A stretch of 64,000 nt of DNA, taken from a virus. A model generated the notes under the pieces. The model searched no databases, was not told the DNA's origin, and worked only from the letters and a program-made list of their open reading frames with translations. Both the position numbers and the translations under genes were made by a program. Positions 47,292 through 57,138 of this stretch are shown here, piece after piece; within the stretch, counting starts at the first letter, position 1; each line of letters begins with the position of its first letter. The stretch lies in IMG/VR virus record IMGVR_UViG_3300042397_000787, one strand, 5' to 3'.

Positions 47292-48453
47292 AAATTTCGT
47301 CCCTATTATTATTTTTACCACATGCTTCTGAGCAAACATAAAGTTTACCGTCAGAGCAGCTTTTCTTCTTCCATGTATCTTTCAGATTTTGATAGTAAAG
47401 ACCATCGACAATTGTTTGAAAGTTGCTAGTATTTAGATTGATGGAGGAAGTTCTTGTTTGAGAATAATGCCATTTTTTAAATTGATATTCATCAATTCTA
47501 TGATAGCTATTATTAATCGCACTATCAAACCAACAACATGGTAGTAAATCGCCACTAGAATTGACATAAAATGTTTTCTTGTTATTAGAATTGCATTTAG
47601 GTTCGATTTCAGTATGCTCTAGTTCACTGGTATATTCTTTTGGACTTCTGAATATCTTTTTAAAATCTTCATGTTCGTCTTCTATGCTCATAAAGATATC
47701 TCTTACATCAACAGCCGTTTTATCCATTCGCTCTACATCATAGTTTCTAAAAACGATGTTTCTTTCGTTGTCATATTGAAAAGACACTCTATATTTTTCA
47801 GATGGTGCCTGAATTGCATATTCAAACTTACCGGTAGCATCATGAACTGGAATACTACTAACACTCTCAAATCCTAGCGGTCGTTTCGCAATAAATTTTG
47901 CTCCAACACTCTCGGCCAAACTTTTAGCGTAATTAACCTGATGTTCATTGTGGGCAAATACTAAAAATTCCCAGACAATATTCGCACCAGTGGTAGTAGC
48001 GGCAATAAAATTATTAAATGCCGTATCCCATTTGACATTTCTACGATATATATGGTTGGTGTCTTCAAGCCCATCTATACTAAAGACGATATCTCCCTTG
48101 TATAATTCTGGATTGAATAACGCGCCCATTTTTTGCCAGAAATCTTCATTTCTAGTGCCACCGTTTGTGTGAAGTCTTATCGCTGATTTAGGCGACACTT
48201 CTCGAATATAGGAAACAATTTCGTGTAGATCCCTACACAATGAGGGATCACCAGAACTTCCGCATAAAATCCACACTTCAACTTTTTCACATACTTCCGG
48301 CGTGAACCAAGTTTTAAATTTTTCTAGACTAATCTGAGATAATTCAATCGTGCTTTTAGTTTTCCCACCCATCCAGTTACGTGTGCATCCGGGGCATGCC
48401 GCATTACAGTTATTGGTGAGTTCGATGTGTAACTCGTAAATATTAGGAATCAT
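47281..48453 (-). CDS. Radical SAM enzyme with C-terminal SPASM/twitch domain
   Basis: HIELTNNCNAACPGC, FSIDGL, C...GDLLPCC...CSEAC. Confidence 0.9.
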   Translation of the reverse strand: MIPNIYELHIELTNNCNAACPGCTRNWMGGKTKSTIELSQISLEKFKTWFTPEVCEKVEVWILCGSSGDPSLCRDLHEIVSYIREVSPKSAIRLHTNGGTRNEDFWQKMGALFNPELYKGDIVFSIDGLEDTNHIYRRNVKWDTAFNNFIAATTTGANIVWEFLVFAHNEHQVNYAKSLAESVGAKFIAKRPLGFESVSSIPVHDATGKFEYAIQAPSEKYRVSFQYDNERNIVFRNYDVERMDKTAVDVRDIFMSIEDEHEDFKKIFRSPKEYTSELEHTEIEPKCNSNNKKTFYVNSSGDLLPCCWFDSAINNSYHRIDEYQFKKWHYSQTRTSSINLNTSNFQTIVDGLYYQNLKDTWKKKSCSDGKLYVCSEACGKNNNRDEIYVV

Positions 48454-49694
48454 CTATATGCTTCCAATTTTTTTGCCCAGTCTGGAAAGTATTCAGAAAA
48501 CTTTTGATTTTTATACTTATCATGTTTTTCTGAAATAACATAGAAATTGCTGAAATGTCTTTCCGAAGGCCTCTCTGACATTAAATGCGTAGTCACATTT
48601 CTTAGCGTATCAAAATTCCATTCATTAGCCTCTTTATATTCAGAAATATAAGATGTGATTTTTTGGATTAGCTCTAGCTTAATTTCTCTGGGCAAATTGG
48701 TTATCTTATAATGATCTGGCTTGTATAACATGTTATACCATATACCAGAATTCACTCCATATCTATTACGTATGAATCTATCAAACTCTGTGATGTGGTC
48801 AATATTAGCTATGCTTATAGTATAACAAAAACTAATCTTTATTGACGGATGTTTCCGACTTAACTCATGAAACTTGTCAATATTTGCAAGAACCACATCC
48901 CATTTTGCAGGATGTCTCATGTATTCAAATACCTGTTCTATTCCATCGATACTTAGTGCAATATCAGAGGTTTGAAACTGAGTGAAAACATCAATCTGTT
49001 TTTGACTAGGAAAAATTGTGCCATTTGTATTACAATGCAGGTACTGGGACTTACTTACCCCAGCTTCAATACACTTATGTAACATTTTCCATGGCTTAGT
49101 AATTAATAACGGTTCACCGCCATAAAAGTCAATTCTTTTAGATTGTAGAATCCATTGTTCAAATTCTTCCCACAATAATGGATTGTCATCCGAGTAACTT
49201 ATTCTCGCGGGCTCGAAGCGGGCAAGAAATTTTCTTTTATCTGCATATTCTTTTAAATATACATCATATTCTTCTGTTTGCCAAGCACTACTGCTATTTG
49301 AGTTGCACGTTCTACACCTTAAATTGCATGTATTACCAAACTTCATGTCAATATAGAACGGCGTTTCTGGGCCCATAACATCAGGATAATCCTGTTCATA
49401 TTTTTCCCACAAATGTTGCTCTCTCAGGCGCTTACTAATTTTTCCTCCAGCATTTTCTTCTTCCCAACAAGCAATACAATTGGGATGCTGAATGCCAGCA
49501 TCTAATGCTTCCAAAATTTCTCGTCTGTGATTGCTTTTCCAAAACTGACTAGGCTTATGCGTATTGAACCGCATCTCCTTGCCATCATCGTCTAATAATA
49601 CGTCTCTTGCCATGCAGCATGTTTTAGCATTGCCCATAGTCTCGGTTGCAATTCCATATTTGGCAGTCAGACAAGTTAATTTTTTGGTAGACAT
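48450..49694 (-). CDS. Radical SAM enzyme with N-terminal SPASM/twitch-like domain
   Basis: TCC...CIACW; CNLRCRTC; YGGEP; NTNGT; SIDG. Confidence 0.9.
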   Translation of the reverse strand: MSTKKLTCLTAKYGIATETMGNAKTCCMARDVLLDDDGKEMRFNTHKPSQFWKSNHRREILEALDAGIQHPNCIACWEEENAGGKISKRLREQHLWEKYEQDYPDVMGPETPFYIDMKFGNTCNLRCRTCNSNSSSAWQTEEYDVYLKEYADKRKFLARFEPARISYSDDNPLLWEEFEQWILQSKRIDFYGGEPLLITKPWKMLHKCIEAGVSKSQYLHCNTNGTIFPSQKQIDVFTQFQTSDIALSIDGIEQVFEYMRHPAKWDVVLANIDKFHELSRKHPSIKISFCYTISIANIDHITEFDRFIRNRYGVNSGIWYNMLYKPDHYKITNLPREIKLELIQKITSYISEYKEANEWNFDTLRNVTTHLMSERPSERHFSNFYVISEKHDKYKNQKFSEYFPDWAKKLEAYR

Positions 49695-50887
49695 TTTTCA
49701 GCCCAAGGATAGGTTTCAAACACATTCTGTTTTCTGATCTTATCAAGTAACTGTTGTTTCATAACAAAATTATTTTGAATAATAGGATTATGTAGATTAT
49801 CGGTTCTGGATTCCAGGTATTTGATGATAAATTCTACTGCTTGTTTATTTAAAGCATTAGTATTTTTCTGAACCTCAAAATATTCCCGCAATTCGTTCAA
49901 TCTAAGATTATAATTATCTTCGGGCATAACATCAGGCTGCAAAAAATCTGGACTATTAACAGGAATAACGGAACAGTGAATTCCAACCGTATCAAAGAAA
50001 CGAATCAAGTCTGCCATTGTATCCAAAGATAAGTTTTGTAATGTTGTGCTTATGGTAGCATGAATGTTTTGATGTTCTTGCATAATGGTTTTGTAAGTCA
50101 ATAAGTTCTTTTCGATTTTTTTCCACCTACCAGGAAATCTAATATATTCAAACGTTGACTTATAACCATCAATACTAAGGCCGAGATGAACTTCTCTAAA
50201 CTGTTTCCAGTAGTCGATAAATTCATACGGGTTGTTCATTCCGTTGGTATTATAGTGTAGCGCAATGTTTTTTGCCGCACCAGTCTCGCATAAAAATTGT
50301 AGTAGCTTAAGGTTTTCATCAATGATTAGCGGTTCACCGCCTATCAAATAAATTTGTTTGATAGTATGAATATGTTGTGACAATACCTCATTGATATCTA
50401 CGGCATCAATCCACTTTGTATCCGACCAACTAGACTGATAATATTGTTTTGCTTCCGGGTGTTCATCTACTTCCTTACGAATCAGAGAACTACTGAACGG
50501 CCCACACATTCTGCATTTAAGATTGCACTTGGCATCCAAATCAAATTCAACTTTTACAATACCAATAGGCTCTGGACTTTTTTCAGCCACAATCCTATCA
50601 TATTCTTTACGAAAGACTGAATTCGCATAATCTCTAAAACTCTTATTACCAGAGTCTTCGATATTCCAGCATCGTGAGCAAAGTTCTGGCTTATTCCCCT
50701 TTAACATTTCATCTCGCAGATACGACATGGTTTTTGTTTTCAGTAATGTATTCACATCATAGTTTTCTTTGTCTTTGATGTTTTCTTGAACTTGTTTTGA
50801 GCCAATCGCATTGCAACAAGGCCTAAATTCCCCGTGTGAGCCAATGCTCAAATTCATCCAGGGATATACGCAAATAGTATCTGACAT
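49676..50887 (-). CDS. Radical SAM enzyme with N-terminal SPASM/twitch-like domain
   Basis: CVYPW...RPCC...CSRCW; CNLKCRMC; GGEP; SIDG. Confidence 0.9.
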   Translation of the reverse strand: MSDTICVYPWMNLSIGSHGEFRPCCNAIGSKQVQENIKDKENYDVNTLLKTKTMSYLRDEMLKGNKPELCSRCWNIEDSGNKSFRDYANSVFRKEYDRIVAEKSPEPIGIVKVEFDLDAKCNLKCRMCGPFSSSLIRKEVDEHPEAKQYYQSSWSDTKWIDAVDINEVLSQHIHTIKQIYLIGGEPLIIDENLKLLQFLCETGAAKNIALHYNTNGMNNPYEFIDYWKQFREVHLGLSIDGYKSTFEYIRFPGRWKKIEKNLLTYKTIMQEHQNIHATISTTLQNLSLDTMADLIRFFDTVGIHCSVIPVNSPDFLQPDVMPEDNYNLRLNELREYFEVQKNTNALNKQAVEFIIKYLESRTDNLHNPIIQNNFVMKQQLLDKIRKQNVFETYPWAEKCLPKN

Positions 50888-52137
50888 TATTGTACCTCGT
50901 TTACGTGATTTCTATTATTACCCAATTCACCCTGATCCAGTTTATTGAATTCTAAACCACAACAAGAACTGCATTGATGACTGCGCATCGAACTACCACG
51001 CTCGAAACTCATCGGTAGATATCTTTGAAAATATGCAGTATTAATAATTTCTTCTAAAGTATGCTTATGAAGATCCAGTGAGTCCATACCACCATTAAGT
51101 TCGATCATTTTAAGCGAGTTATCATTAGGATTTGACCATTGCGCACCAAATCTCCATGGTTCTCCGCCTAGAAAACAACAAGGGAAAACATGACCTGTGG
51201 CAGACAAGAACACTTCGTTGTTTTTCTGGTGTTCATTAATCTTTGCTCGACACATAATACCCAAAGAGTTGTGTTTAATCTTAATTGTTTCGTTGGAGTC
51301 GGGATCATGATTTACTAAAAACTCTTCTGTGTTTTCAGGCATCAATCTACCAAATTCTTCATTTGTGATATATTGTGGAATAAGATTCTTTATTGCTTTT
51401 GCAAAAACAACATCATTTTGATGCTTTAGTCTCTCTTCTTCCGGTTGCTTGATGTAGTATGAGGAACCATCTGGATTTCTAACTCTGTAGTACCCTCTTC
51501 CGGCTGCATCATATCCTTGCCATCTAGTTGTTCTTTTAATATTGAAAGTTCTAAAATTCAATTCTTTTGCGATGGCCTTGGCTTCGTCAATTTGATGCTC
51601 ATTAAAATCAAACGCGATAAAGTCCCATTTAGCTATGCCGCCTGCGGCAGTAAATGCTTTCATATTAGCATGAATTTTAGCAAAATTGGTATTTCTTCTG
51701 TATAGGTGATTTGTGTCCCATAAGCCATCAACAGAAAAAGTTACACCATCATCTCGTTGATTTTCTCCGTTGAGAATTTGACCTAGTTCTTTCCACCAAC
51801 CTTCCGATCTAGCACTAGCATTTGTGTGCATTACTAATGAGAGATATGGGTTATTTTCTCGCAAATACTTGAATATTGGCAAAGTATCTTTAGCAGTAAT
51901 AGGATCTCCATAATTCCCACATGCATACACCCGTCTAAGTTGTGAAACAAACGGAATAGGAAACCATTCTTTGAATTGTTCTAGAGAAATATCTGTTAGA
52001 TTTAGAAGAGGATTGATTTCTTTACCCTGATTGATATAACGAGGACACATAGGACATCCTGCATTACATTTATTAGATAATTCAATGTGCATCGCAGTAA
52101 TATTGCGCCACGATTTGTATAGTGGTTCAACTTGCAT
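50887..52137 (-). CDS. Radical SAM enzyme with C-terminal SPASM/twitch domain
   Basis: HIELSNKCNAGCPMC, CGNYGDP, FSVDGL, C...VFPCC...CSSCC. Confidence 0.9.
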   Translation of the reverse strand: MQVEPLYKSWRNITAMHIELSNKCNAGCPMCPRYINQGKEINPLLNLTDISLEQFKEWFPIPFVSQLRRVYACGNYGDPITAKDTLPIFKYLRENNPYLSLVMHTNASARSEGWWKELGQILNGENQRDDGVTFSVDGLWDTNHLYRRNTNFAKIHANMKAFTAAGGIAKWDFIAFDFNEHQIDEAKAIAKELNFRTFNIKRTTRWQGYDAAGRGYYRVRNPDGSSYYIKQPEEERLKHQNDVVFAKAIKNLIPQYITNEEFGRLMPENTEEFLVNHDPDSNETIKIKHNSLGIMCRAKINEHQKNNEVFLSATGHVFPCCFLGGEPWRFGAQWSNPNDNSLKMIELNGGMDSLDLHKHTLEEIINTAYFQRYLPMSFERGSSMRSHQCSSCCGLEFNKLDQGELGNNRNHVNEVQ

Positions 52138-53533
52138 TTTCAGTTAATTCCTTGCACATGTGGTAAAAATCCTTGTATTCAGGAAAAGTTTCTATTAGAT
52201 TAAGCCCAGGAGAACGTTTGTCATATTCGGAAAAGAACTTATAGAAGTCCTTGCGACCGGTTTCGATTAATTCAGGAGTAATCCTAGGTCCACCAGTCAC
52301 AAAGTAATTTCTTACTCGCTTTAGCTTTTCCCATTCATGTTCATTGAATCCAAACTCCATTCCGTATGGAGTAATACGCTGCTTGATGAAATCAAGGTCC
52401 TCATCGATATATGATACCCATTCTGGCGGAAGAAGATTAATCATCCAATGTGGTGGTTCTTTTAGATACGGCGTATCAAATCCAATACGCTCTTTACCCC
52501 ACTTATCGCGAAGTTCTAATATCTTTTCTAAGAATGGACGGAAAGAAGCAACACACAGAATGTTGTAGGTACACATAAAACTAATGTTTGCTTTTGGAAC
52601 AATTCTTAGATATGTTTCTACGTTCTGCAAGAAAAGATCCTGATCCAGACCTCTGCGCATATATTCTGCCTTCGGTCCCCACGATTCTAGACTTGTGTAA
52701 AGTTTGAAATCCTTAATTTTCTTATTTTCGATCATCGACTTTACTGTTTCAGCAAACTTTGTCACTCGATTATTCGAAACGCCAAGATTACTATTCAAAT
52801 TCAATTCAAGATGCTGAGTACCATCACCCTCTTCAATCAATTTAAACAACTTCATTGTGTTTGAGTTGATAAGTGCTTCGCCGCCCGTCAGGCGAAGAAC
52901 ACGGAGATCCTTCTTTAGGTCAGGCCACCACTTCCAAAATGCCTCGATGTAGGGATTGTATTCGTCATCTCTATACACCTTACTAGTTTCTAGATATTCA
53001 ATCCCATACTGATTATAACTAATGTCATAATTACCATGCTTGCGGATTTCATCTTCCCATAGTGAAGATGCTTGTGGACAGCAATAACCACACTTAAAAT
53101 TACAACCTGCACCAAAACTAACTTCAAGGAAGTAAGGATTGTAGTCTGCATCCCATGCCGTATTCTTAATCATTTCAGTTTCAGCGGCGGCATCTATCCA
53201 ATGACTTGCATTATGAAACATTCTATCGCTAAAATTTTCGCCAGGAAGATTTTCTACGTTCCAGCAGTAGTAACATTCTTCTGGACGTCCGCCCTCAAGC
53301 ATAATTTTACGCTGTTCTTTCTTCCACTTCGTATTATGAAGTGCAGAAGGATTTTCAGCAATTTCTTCTAAAGGAATATGACGAGGGCGAGGATGATAAC
53401 AACTGTGATTGTCGCCCATATGAAGATACAGAGTCTCGTGGCGCCATTTTTGCAGACAAAATCCATTACCCACTGTATTCAGTGTATCTCGGACTTTTTT
53501 TACCTTATTAATATATTCTAAATTATCACTCAT
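52127..53533 (-). CDS. Radical SAM enzyme (CxxKW/HSCxHP subfamily)
   Basis: FCLQKW...HSCYHP...CYYCW; CNFKCGYC; TGGE. Confidence 0.9.
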   Translation of the reverse strand: MSDNLEYINKVKKVRDTLNTVGNGFCLQKWRHETLYLHMGDNHSCYHPRPRHIPLEEIAENPSALHNTKWKKEQRKIMLEGGRPEECYYCWNVENLPGENFSDRMFHNASHWIDAAAETEMIKNTAWDADYNPYFLEVSFGAGCNFKCGYCCPQASSLWEDEIRKHGNYDISYNQYGIEYLETSKVYRDDEYNPYIEAFWKWWPDLKKDLRVLRLTGGEALINSNTMKLFKLIEEGDGTQHLELNLNSNLGVSNNRVTKFAETVKSMIENKKIKDFKLYTSLESWGPKAEYMRRGLDQDLFLQNVETYLRIVPKANISFMCTYNILCVASFRPFLEKILELRDKWGKERIGFDTPYLKEPPHWMINLLPPEWVSYIDEDLDFIKQRITPYGMEFGFNEHEWEKLKRVRNYFVTGGPRITPELIETGRKDFYKFFSEYDKRSPGLNLIETFPEYKDFYHMCKELTENAS

Positions 53534-54962
53534 TAATCAGGCCTTCGCATTCTTCAATAAATTCTATCATTTCTGGAAATGTTTCTTTGAGGTTAGTCTT
53601 ACGCCGCTTATCATGTTCTCTAAAATGCATAGTGAAGTTTTTCTTATGAAGAATTTCTTCATCTTTAGGCATTGGTTCAACTGCCCAGTCATAAAGGCGC
53701 TTTACTTTGTCAATTTCATAATCTTTGAAACCCTTAAATCGATTTGATACGGTCTCTTTGTTTTGCTCCATAAATTCGATACTATTTAGCAAAGGCTGCA
53801 ACATCTCTTTAGATGCCAACTTTAGACTCAGCCACTTAGGATCAGTAAGCATAGGAGTATCAAACCAAACCAACTGTCTATCCGTATTATACTCTTGACG
53901 CAATCTTAAAATATTTTGAAAGTATGTCATCCAATTCGGTAAACATAGAATGTTACATGTCACAATAAAGGTTAGAGAATGCTTTTCACCTTCACTCAAA
54001 AATTGTGTGATGTTTTTATAAAGAACATCAAAATCCATACCTGTCCGAATATACTCTGCCTGTTTTCCCCAACTATCGAGACTACAGAAGAGCATGAAGT
54101 GATCGATTGCATCCTGATCTGTGATTTCTTTCAAGTCATCCATAAACTTTTGCCACTGTCCTTTTGGAGGGCAACAATTGCTAGTAATACTTAGCGTCAA
54201 ATCTGGTTTTGGATTTTTCTTGACATGGTCAAAAATCTTAAAAGTATTCTTATCCATCAAAGGCTCGCCGCCTGTCATACGAAATGTCTTTAACTTGTCA
54301 TATACAGTAGGAAACCACTCCCAGAATGCAACAAGATATGGATTTACAGGAGAATTATCCGGCACCCAACCCTGTTCTTTCATCCAACCATCGTCATTAT
54401 GAGTTCTATCGAAAAGCCGATATGGACCATGCTCTTTAATTTCTTTATGCCACTCTGTAGACAAATGAGGGGAACAATATGTGCATTTTAAATTGCAGGC
54501 CTGATTAAAGTTGACTTCCAAATATTTGGGGGCAGGATTTCCTTCAAACCCAACTGCTAACGCTTCATCGATAATACCCGGCGAGTTAACATCAAAACTG
54601 CGATACGCTCTATCGCTCATATTACCAGTATCTTCGATATCCCAACAGAAAGAGCATTCCGACGGTCTTTCGCCTAGTAACATCTTCTTTCGCTGTTCTT
54701 TCTTGTATTTTGTGTTATGTAAAGCACCTGGATCTGCCGCAAGTTCCTCTAAAGGAACCTTATGGGTTCTAGGATGATAGCAACTATGAGTTCTGCCAGT
54801 AGGAATATGAATGCTGACATTAAACCACTTTGCAAGACAAAAGGAAGGACTTACTTTGTTTAAGCCTTCCAGCATATCCTTAGTGTTGTCAAAGTAAACA
54901 CTCTTGTATGCTCCATCTAGATCGGCAGTTACTTCATCACCGCGTTGATTTTCATCGTTCAT
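53526..54962 (-). CDS. Radical SAM enzyme (CxxKW/HSCxHP subfamily)
   Basis: FCLAKW...HSCYHP...CSFCW; CNLKCTYC; TGGEP. Confidence 0.9.
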   Translation of the reverse strand: MNDENQRGDEVTADLDGAYKSVYFDNTKDMLEGLNKVSPSFCLAKWFNVSIHIPTGRTHSCYHPRTHKVPLEELAADPGALHNTKYKKEQRKKMLLGERPSECSFCWDIEDTGNMSDRAYRSFDVNSPGIIDEALAVGFEGNPAPKYLEVNFNQACNLKCTYCSPHLSTEWHKEIKEHGPYRLFDRTHNDDGWMKEQGWVPDNSPVNPYLVAFWEWFPTVYDKLKTFRMTGGEPLMDKNTFKIFDHVKKNPKPDLTLSITSNCCPPKGQWQKFMDDLKEITDQDAIDHFMLFCSLDSWGKQAEYIRTGMDFDVLYKNITQFLSEGEKHSLTFIVTCNILCLPNWMTYFQNILRLRQEYNTDRQLVWFDTPMLTDPKWLSLKLASKEMLQPLLNSIEFMEQNKETVSNRFKGFKDYEIDKVKRLYDWAVEPMPKDEEILHKKNFTMHFREHDKRRKTNLKETFPEMIEFIEECEGLINE

Positions 54963-56296
54963 AGGGTATTACACCATTCTAAAAATTCTTTGAATTCTGG
55001 AAATACTTCCACTAGGTTGCTTTTGCTTCGTCTATCGTATTCTGGGAAAAACTTAGCAAAATCTCGTCTGGCATTTAGACGATACGTATCATCAATTGCA
55101 TGTTCATCGTTATAAAAGTAATCTCGAATACGTAACATCTTTTGACGTTCTATATCAGTAAACCATTCAGACTCCTGAATGAATTTCAAGTCAGAATCGA
55201 TATACTTACCGAAATCTTTAGTTAGAATATTGATTGTCCAGTGTGGCGGTTCTTTAAGATGTGGAATATCAACAATAATTCTATCTTTGCCCCATTTTTT
55301 TCTAAGTTCCACAATATAATCTAAGAAGTCTCTGAAATACGGTACTACAAGATTATTATACGTTACCATAAAGGACATGTAAGCAGTTGGGACCAATTCT
55401 AGAACGGTGTCAACATTCTTCTTAAACAACTCGTAGTCCAGACCACGCCGAATGTATTCAGCTTGTTTACCGGTGCATTCAATACTGGTAAAACAACGAA
55501 AATTCTTAATCTTATTGTTATCTATAAGTTCTCGAACAGTATTACTTACTTCAACAACTTTTCGATTGGTTACACCGAGATTGGTATTAATCTGCAACAT
55601 AAGGTCAGAATTACCCTCGTCACGCAACGTCTCTAACAGACGATATGTATTGGTGGTCATCAGAGGTTCACCACCAGTAATACGGAAAATCTTCAACTCT
55701 TTTTTTAGTTCTGGCCACCATTTCCAAAATGCTTCCACATAGGGATTATATTCTTTCTCAGAATATATTTTCTTTCCTCTAGTTCCATATGGACTGTCTG
55801 TTAGATCATAGTCACCAAATTCTTCAAGTTCTTGTTCCCACATAGAAGAAAAAGATGCAGTGCAATATCCACACTTGAAATTACACGCATTACTAAAACT
55901 AATTTCCATGTTGTATGGATTTACGTTCTGATCCCATGGAGTATTGCGTAGAAGTTCGGTTTCTTCATTAAGATCAAAAATAGGATTAATTTTATCAATA
56001 TTCTTCAATACGCGGTCGCTGACCTTACCAATCTTTTCAATATTCCAACAATATGAACAACCAGGCGGTTTACCACCAGAAAGCATATACTTTCTAGTGA
56101 ATTTCTCATAAAGTGTGTTGTGAAGAGCGGCTGGATCTTCCTCAATTTCTTCCAGCGGAATAATTCTAGGACTAGGATGATGGCAGCTATGCTTGTCACC
56201 CGAATGCAGATACAGCGCAAGCCATCTCCACTTCTGTGGACAAAATCCCTCGCCTACAGAATTTAGTGTGGTTAAAGCATCATCTATTTCACTCAT
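54959..56296 (-). CDS. Radical SAM enzyme (CxxKW/HSCxHP subfamily)
   Basis: FCPQKW...HSCHHP...CSYCW; CNFKCGYC; TGGEP. Confidence 0.9.
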   Translation of the reverse strand: MSEIDDALTTLNSVGEGFCPQKWRWLALYLHSGDKHSCHHPSPRIIPLEEIEEDPAALHNTLYEKFTRKYMLSGGKPPGCSYCWNIEKIGKVSDRVLKNIDKINPIFDLNEETELLRNTPWDQNVNPYNMEISFSNACNFKCGYCTASFSSMWEQELEEFGDYDLTDSPYGTRGKKIYSEKEYNPYVEAFWKWWPELKKELKIFRITGGEPLMTTNTYRLLETLRDEGNSDLMLQINTNLGVTNRKVVEVSNTVRELIDNNKIKNFRCFTSIECTGKQAEYIRRGLDYELFKKNVDTVLELVPTAYMSFMVTYNNLVVPYFRDFLDYIVELRKKWGKDRIIVDIPHLKEPPHWTINILTKDFGKYIDSDLKFIQESEWFTDIERQKMLRIRDYFYNDEHAIDDTYRLNARRDFAKFFPEYDRRSKSNLVEVFPEFKEFLEWCNTL

Positions 56297-56691
56297 CTAC
56301 GCATCCTTGAGATTTCTTCCATCTGATCTTGATTAATTACTGGTACTGCATTAGATTTATGCATCGTGGCAATACCCCTGATCAGAGTACCAGTATATTC
56401 ATTAGGCTTCTTAGCAAACGTCATACCACCGCTATCTACAGATTTATAACGTTCGCGATGATCGGATTTATACGCTGCTGGCATGGGAGTGCCACGCAGC
56501 TTAGGCTTATACTTACCTTGACGGTATTGCACATATTCGTCAAAGGTCTTAGTCGAAGAACCAAGACGTTTCATCTGCTTATTGTAGTCTACCCAGTCCT
56601 GAGCATACTTACCAGTGATTCCCTTATTTACAGTCTTTCTATTTTTGGTATTTGTTGTAGTATAAGCTGGGCCCAACAGATGCATTGACAT
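56293..56691 (-). CDS. Conserved-looking phage hypothetical protein (GIATMHKSNAVPV)
   Basis: GAGGAG RBS before ATG 56691; first gene of the leftward operon. Confidence 0.7.
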   Translation of the reverse strand: MSMHLLGPAYTTTNTKNRKTVNKGITGKYAQDWVDYNKQMKRLGSSTKTFDEYVQYRQGKYKPKLRGTPMPAAYKSDHRERYKSVDSGGMTFAKKPNEYTGTLIRGIATMHKSNAVPVINQDQMEEISRMRR

Positions 56692-56712
56692 AATAATCTC
56701 CTCAAGACTTTT

Positions 56713-56784
56713 ACAATACAACATATAGCCAAGATTGTCAATAGAAAAATAATGGTTGACATTTGGTCGCGAATCGTCTATAAC
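56713..56784. promoter_or_regulatory. Divergent sigma70-type promoters (TTGACA-17-TATTGT on -, TTGACA-17-TATAAC on +)
   Basis: - strand: -35 at 56741-56736, -10 at 56718-56713. + strand: -35 at 56756-56761, -10 at 56779-56784. Confidence 0.75.
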
Positions 56785-56809
56785 TAGATTATAAGTTATG
56801 GAGATTGTG

Positions 56810-57001
56810 ATGATTCTTGAGATATCTAGAAGTGAAGAGACCCTGCTTAAAGAGTTGGGTGTCACATGGAACGGTTGGCAGTATGAACATGCCGAGTTTC
56901 TTGAAATTAATTTTGAACTAGAAGCGAATGGTATTCCTACCTATTCGTCTTTTGAAGAATATCTTGAAGGCCGTGTGGCATATAAAAGGAAGGTTGCATA
57001 A
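56810..57001 (+). CDS. Small acidic hypothetical protein
   Basis: GGAG RBS before ATG 56810, downstream of the + strand promoter. Confidence 0.6.
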   Translation: MILEISRSEETLLKELGVTWNGWQYEHAEFLEINFELEANGIPTYSSFEEYLEGRVAYKRKVA

Positions 57002-57138
57002 TGAACACCGAAGAACTAGAACAACACTTCCTTCAGATGGAGAAGGAACTATTCGAACAAGAAGTTACTTCGAAGTCGCCCGATACACGCCGTCCCAATC
57101 TTTCGGAGGCGATACCTGAAACTCTTCAATACGGCTAA
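57001..57138 (+). CDS. Possible small hypothetical protein (45 aa)
   Basis: TAATG coupling and AGGAAGG RBS, but overlaps the 3' end of the cyclase gene on the opposite strand. Confidence 0.35.
   Translation: MNTEELEQHFLQMEKELFEQEVTSKSPDTRRPNLSEAIPETLQYG

Noticed and set aside
42898-56296. Assignment to 7-deazaguanine (Que/Dpd), NrdG or molybdopterin pathways
   Set aside because: No folE, queC, queD, dpdA, nrdD or moaC partners in the window, and the auxiliary Cys domains do not match those enzymes.
56692-56865. N-terminal extension of the 190-aa ORF
   Set aside because: Runs through the divergent promoter region; the RBS supports ATG 56691.
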